34,572 nucleotides of DNA from Nitrospirae bacterium CG2_30_53_67. GTDB taxonomy: Bacteria > CG2-30-53-67. Below, one piece after another: positions 30,655-34,572 of this stretch. A program made the position numbers and the translations under genes. Positions within the stretch are counted from its first letter, which is position 1, and each line of letters opens with the position of its first letter. The notes under the pieces are model-generated. The model worked only from the letters and a program-made list of their open reading frames with translations. It was not told the DNA's origin and searched no databases. The DNA is taken from contig MNYV01000075.1 of the NCBI GenBank assembly GCA_001873285.1, forward strand, positions 1 through 34,572, given 5' to 3'.

Positions 30655-32609
30655 GGTTTTTTGAGCACGCGGCTATGGCGAAACACAAACCTTGGGCAAT
30701 GACGGTCATTCTCCTCTCAGCCATCCTGGGCGGAGCGGCGGCGGGGTGGGTGGTTTCACGTTTCATGAACCTCCCTCAAGTCGAGAGCCTTGAGGAATAT
30801 CATCCGAGTGAGGCTTCACACATTTTTTCCGATGACGGAACGCTCATGGATGAACTCTTCATCGAGAGAAGGGAGGTCGTCCCCTTGGACCGGATCCCGC
30901 TTCACCTCAGAGAGGCCGTAATCGCCGTTGAGGACTCCCGTTTCTATTCTCACCACGGAATCGATTTTCAAGGCATCGCGAGGGCCATGGCCAGCAACCT
31001 CATGGCCGGCCGTGTGGTTCAGGGGGGAAGCACCATCTCACAGCAGCTCAGCAAGGTTCTGTTTTTTTCGCCTGAAAAGTCCCTCCTCCGGAAAATCAAG
31101 GAGGCGATCGTCACCCTGCAAATCGAGAAACGCTATACCAAAGATCAGATCCTGGGTCTGTATCTCAACCAGATCTATCTGGGCATGGGATGTTACGGCG
31201 TTGCAGCCGCATCCCGGAGGTATCTGGGGAAGGACGTCTCCGACATCACCCTGCCGGAAGCGGCTCTCTTGGCGGCTCTCCCTAAATCACCGGGTAAATA
31301 CTCCCCCTCATCCAATCCTGAAGAAGCCGAAAAAAGAAGGAACCACGTCCTCGACCGGATGGCCGAGGAAAGATTCATCAGCCGTGCAGAGGCCGAAAAG
31401 TCAAAAAAAGAGCCTGTTCCGATCCGGGTTTACCAGCCGCTCAGCAGGAACGCCCCATACTTTGTCCAGGAGGTCGTGCAGGATCTTGAATCGCGTCTCG
31501 GGAAAAAAATCCTCTATCAGGGGGGGCTCTCCATTCATACCACACTCAACCTGCGTCTGCAGACCATCGCCCAGGAGAGCCTGCGGCAGGGTCTTGAAAC
31601 CGTCATCAAGCGCAACCGCCGCAAACCACACGCCCAACTGCAGGGCGCCTTGATTGCCATGGACCCGGCCAATGGACAGGTCAAGGCATTAGTCGGGGGT
31701 TATGACTTCGTATCGAGCCCGTTCGACAGGGCCTTGCATGCCAGACGCCAGCCTGGGTCCGCCTTCAAACCGATGATCTATGCCGCCGCGCTCGAGAAGG
31801 GATATCAGCCTTCGGATATCCTCATGGACACACCGCTTTCCTTCACGGACCCTCGGACCGGAAAAACCTGGGCCCCTCAGAACTACCGCCATGAGTTCAC
31901 GGGACCTGTCACCCTCCGGCATGCCCTGGAGAATTCCCTGAATATCCCCACCATCCGCCTGCTCCGGAATGTGGGGATTCAAAACTGCATGGATCTGGCA
32001 AAACGCCTGGGCATAGAGGAGCCTCTGACCCCTGATCTCTCCCTGGCCCTCGGGACCTCCGAGGTCACCCTTCGGGAACTGACCGCCGCCTATGCGGCCT
32101 TCGCGGCGCAGGGGGTTTACTCCTCACCCATGCTGATTACACAGGTCTATGACCGGAACGGGCGTATACTCGAAAATCACCAGCCTGAGCAGAGGATCGC
32201 ATTCGATGAAGATGCGGCTTTTCAGATGACCTATCTGCTGGAAGGGGTCGTACAGTCCGGCACCGGCAGGATCGCACGGTCGCTGAACCGCCCTGTTGCC
32301 GCCAAGACGGGAACCACGGACGATTACAGCGACGCCTGGTTCATCGGTTACTCGCCGGAGCTGGCAGCGGGGGTCTGGGTCGGGTATGACAAACGGACGC
32401 CTATCGGCCCGGGTGAAACCGGCAGCATGGCGGCCGGACCCATCTGGGTCTTCTTCATGCAGGAGGCATTGAAAAACAAGGCCCCTTCCTACTTCCCGGT
32501 CCCTTCGAATATCGTCTTCAAAAAGATCAATGCCCTAAACGGAGAACCGGCCGATTCCGACACGGCGAATGTGGTTGAAGAGGCCTTCAGGTTGAAACGG
32601 CGGGAATAG
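30651..32609 (+). CDS. Class A penicillin-binding protein (PBP1A family)
   Basis: Transglycosylase EDSRFYSHHGID, QGGSTISQQL, RKIKE, YLNQIY; transpeptidase RQPGSAFK, SLN, KTGT. Confidence 0.95.
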   Translation: MRFFEHAAMAKHKPWAMTVILLSAILGGAAAGWVVSRFMNLPQVESLEEYHPSEASHIFSDDGTLMDELFIERREVVPLDRIPLHLREAVIAVEDSRFYSHHGIDFQGIARAMASNLMAGRVVQGGSTISQQLSKVLFFSPEKSLLRKIKEAIVTLQIEKRYTKDQILGLYLNQIYLGMGCYGVAAASRRYLGKDVSDITLPEAALLAALPKSPGKYSPSSNPEEAEKRRNHVLDRMAEERFISRAEAEKSKKEPVPIRVYQPLSRNAPYFVQEVVQDLESRLGKKILYQGGLSIHTTLNLRLQTIAQESLRQGLETVIKRNRRKPHAQLQGALIAMDPANGQVKALVGGYDFVSSPFDRALHARRQPGSAFKPMIYAAALEKGYQPSDILMDTPLSFTDPRTGKTWAPQNYRHEFTGPVTLRHALENSLNIPTIRLLRNVGIQNCMDLAKRLGIEEPLTPDLSLALGTSEVTLRELTAAYAAFAAQGVYSSPMLITQVYDRNGRILENHQPEQRIAFDEDAAFQMTYLLEGVVQSGTGRIARSLNRPVAAKTGTTDDYSDAWFIGYSPELAAGVWVGYDKRTPIGPGETGSMAAGPIWVFFMQEALKNKAPSYFPVPSNIVFKKINALNGEPADSDTANVVEEAFRLKRRE

Positions 32610-32627
32610 CCGGCCAAAGAAATCAAA

Positions 32628-32681
32628 TCCCATGGAGTGGGTAAAGGGGGGTGGAAGGTTCAAGGGTTCAAGGGTTCAAGT
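32628..32681. repeat. Left-arm fragment of repeat family A
   Basis: TCCCATGGAGTGGGTAAA followed by AGGTTCAA GGGTTCAA GGGTTCAAGT. Confidence 0.7.
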
Positions 32682-32762
32682 TGTTTTTTTACTTTTTGAT
32701 TCCCAGTTTGCGCGTGGTTCAACACGGTCACGAAAGAGGGCAAATCATCGGCCGCCGGCTGA

Positions 32763-33857
32763 TCAGGACGACCCGACCAGATTCAATGATTCCTGACGGG
32801 TCAGGATATCCACAAAGACTTTCACGATCCGGGGATCGAACTGGGCACCTGCGCAGGATTGGATCTCTTGGATGACCCAATCCAGGGAGAGGGCCTTCCG
32901 GTAAGGCCGGTTGGAGATCATGGCATCATAGCTGTCGATGATCTGTATGATCCTGGCACAAAGCGGGATCTCTTCTCCTTTGAGTCCGTCCGGGTATCCC
33001 TGCCCGTCGAAGGATTCATGGTGATGCAGGATGATCTTGAGCACCTCCTGTGGAAGGCAGAGCGGTTTCAGAATCTCCACGCCGCGTCGGGGATGCTCCT
33101 TGATTTCGGTCCATTCTTCCGGATTCAGCTTTCCTCTCTTGTTCAGAATCTCATTGCTGATTCCTACCTTGCCGATGTCGTGGAGAAAGGCTGAAATCGT
33201 CAGAACCTCCTGTTCCTTTTCGGAGAGGCCCATGGCCTCGGCAACCACCATGGAATAGTGGTTCACACGCTCCGAATGGTGATGCATATTGGAATTCTTC
33301 GCCTCCAGGGTTCTGGAGAGGACCTTGATAAAATCCAGCAGACTGAGGTTTTTGCAATTGGACCAGGCCTCTCCCAGTGGAACCGTCCCCCCCTGCGGGT
33401 CCGGTTCTCCTTGGTTCATAATCACACTCCAGTCGGTTATGCCCTTGCTTTTCAGGTCCGAGATCACGGTTCCTACACGATCCTGAAGCCGTTTCTTGCA
33501 GATCGCTTTATTGACGACCGATATGAATTCCTTGATGTTGAACGGCTTGGTGATATAATCGAAGGCGCCGTACCGGATCGCCTGCTGTGCCGTTTCCAGG
33601 GAGCCGTACCCGGTGATGATCACCACCTCGATCTCCTGTTTCTTCTCTTTAATTCTTTTCAGAACTTCAACCCCGTGCATATCCGGCATATTCAGATCCA
33701 GTGTTACGAGATCGAAGGACTCATCCGTTATCTTCTGCAAAGCCTCCGCTCCGCTTTTCGCTGTTTGGATCTCGTGGTAAGGCTTCATGATCATACGGAT
33801 GGATTCTCGGGGACCGACCTCATCATCCACAACCAGGATATTTCCTCTATACTCCAT
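32763..33857 (-). CDS. Response regulator with HD-GYP phosphodiesterase domain
   Basis: REC: ILVVDDE, LDLNMP, ITGY, KPF; HD-GYP: HSERV, LHDIGK, HHESFDGQGYPDGL, DSYDAM..RPYR, GAQFDP. AAGGAG RBS before ATG 33857. Confidence 0.95.
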   Translation of the reverse strand: MEYRGNILVVDDEVGPRESIRMIMKPYHEIQTAKSGAEALQKITDESFDLVTLDLNMPDMHGVEVLKRIKEKKQEIEVVIITGYGSLETAQQAIRYGAFDYITKPFNIKEFISVVNKAICKKRLQDRVGTVISDLKSKGITDWSVIMNQGEPDPQGGTVPLGEAWSNCKNLSLLDFIKVLSRTLEAKNSNMHHHSERVNHYSMVVAEAMGLSEKEQEVLTISAFLHDIGKVGISNEILNKRGKLNPEEWTEIKEHPRRGVEILKPLCLPQEVLKIILHHHESFDGQGYPDGLKGEEIPLCARIIQIIDSYDAMISNRPYRKALSLDWVIQEIQSCAGAQFDPRIVKVFVDILTRQESLNLVGSS

Positions 33858-34001
33858 GCGCCGCTCCTTCCTGCTTCCGCTCAAATTGCCGGATGAAAAT
33901 AGTAAACGCCTCTTTCCGGATATCCGACGATTCCGGATGCCGGATAGTATTATCTTTGTCCAACGATGCTTCTTTTTTGATCTGAAGATGCCCCGTTTCA
34001 A

Positions 34002-34017
34002 TGCAAAACTGATGCCA
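34002..34017 (-). promoter_or_regulatory. sigma54 (-24/-12) promoter
   Basis: Minus strand TGGCATCAGTTTTGCA = GG-N10-GC with TGGCA/TTGCA consensus, ~145 bp upstream of the HD-GYP gene. Confidence 0.72.
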
Positions 34018-34216
34018 TGGCTCCGCCTGCCCGTCCGCCCTTCGCCTGGTATGACCAAGAAAAGGACCATCCAGGCAGTGACACAATTTGTCCGGCCATC
34101 TATCCCTTTTTATCATCTGATAAAAAAATGTATGAGACCGATTTTTGGCAGGATGGGACGGAATTCGACTGGAAAGAGTCCCTATGATTGGATATCGAAT
34201 CCGGAATGGAATCAAC

Positions 34217-34261
34217 AAAAAAAAGGACCATTTAGACCGGATACCGGTCGAAATGGTCCTT
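34217..34261 (-). terminator. Intrinsic terminator-like hairpin
   Basis: AAGGACCATTT-A-GACCGG-ATA-CCGGTC-G-AAATGGTCCTT preceded by an A-run, which is a U-tail on the minus strand. Confidence 0.72.
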
Positions 34262-34286
34262 GAACAGCTTGCTGCACAAATCCTTT

Positions 34287-34572
34287 GGTAACGTTCAAAA
34301 GTTGTGGCAAATAAGGAATTGAATAAATCACGACCACTTTCTATGATTAGGATCTGGAAAACCATAATCAAAAGAAAGGGTCGTGATGGAACAAGAGATA
34401 CATATCACATTAAGGTTCAATCTTGCAACTGGCAAAGTCAATTTGAATGAGATCGTCTACAGGCTGAAAGAGATCGGAGATGCTCTTATGTTGGATGTAT
34501 TGAAAGAGATTCTCATGAGTTATGACGATCTCATTGCGGAGAGGCTGAGCAAGACAACGGTTTATGGTAGCA
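34287..34572 (+). mobile_element. Probable left end of an insertion sequence
   Basis: Shift to AT-richer sequence starting GGTAACGTTCAAAAGTTGTG (IS-terminus-like), followed 99 bp later by an ORF that runs off the window. The right end is not visible. Confidence 0.45.
34386..34572 (+). CDS. Partial ORF, possible transposase N-terminus
   Basis: Not in the ORF track (no stop in window): MEQEIHITLRFNLATGKVNLNEIVYRLKEIGDALMLDVLKEILMSYDDLIAERLSKTTVYGS..., with AGAAAGGG RBS. Transposase assignment is from context and loose resemblance only. Confidence 0.5.
   Translation, partial: MEQEIHITLRFNLATGKVNLNEIVYRLKEIGDALMLDVLKEILMSYDDLIAERLSKTTVYGS

Noticed and set aside
33858..34371. N-terminal extension of the HD-GYP gene and the 174-aa ORF 33847-34371
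   Set aside because: They span a sigma54 promoter, a terminator and an IS-like end; there is a good RBS at 33857 and no recognisable protein features.

Overview
Bacterial chromosomal window with high-GC backbone; gene content suggests a Desulfobacterota/Nitrospirota-like organism (inference). Left to right: (1) a 5'-truncated AAA+/DUF4143 ATPase and a PIN-domain remnant; (2) a long minus-strand housekeeping run, in transcription order uvrB, uvrC, GAF/degenerate-cyclase membrane protein, acidic orphan, yebC, ruvC, ruvA, ruvB, queH, DUF2905, queA, tgt, yajC, secD, secF; (3) a ~10 kb minus-strand carbohydrate operon (GT4-phosphomannose-isomerase fusion, two GH130, PIG-L deacetylase, GT4, GH100-like hydrolase, NagB-like deaminase, GT4-six-hairpin fusion). 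Four of these genes form a visibly AT-rich cassette bracketed by a 37-bp degenerate duplication of the start of the last gene; (4) a small ORF/nucleotidyltransferase pair, a HisKA-only membrane protein coupled to a class A PBP, a REC-HD-GYP gene with a sigma54 promoter, and the start of a probable IS. Intergenic spaces are rich in small repeat elements: a ~155-290 bp hairpin MITE-like family (4 near-full copies plus remnants, supplying stop codons to tgt and queH), palindromes nested in one copy, a 124-bp MITE with 18-bp TIRs and a 9-bp TSD, and a 9-mer tandem array. No rRNA, tRNA or CRISPR array was seen.
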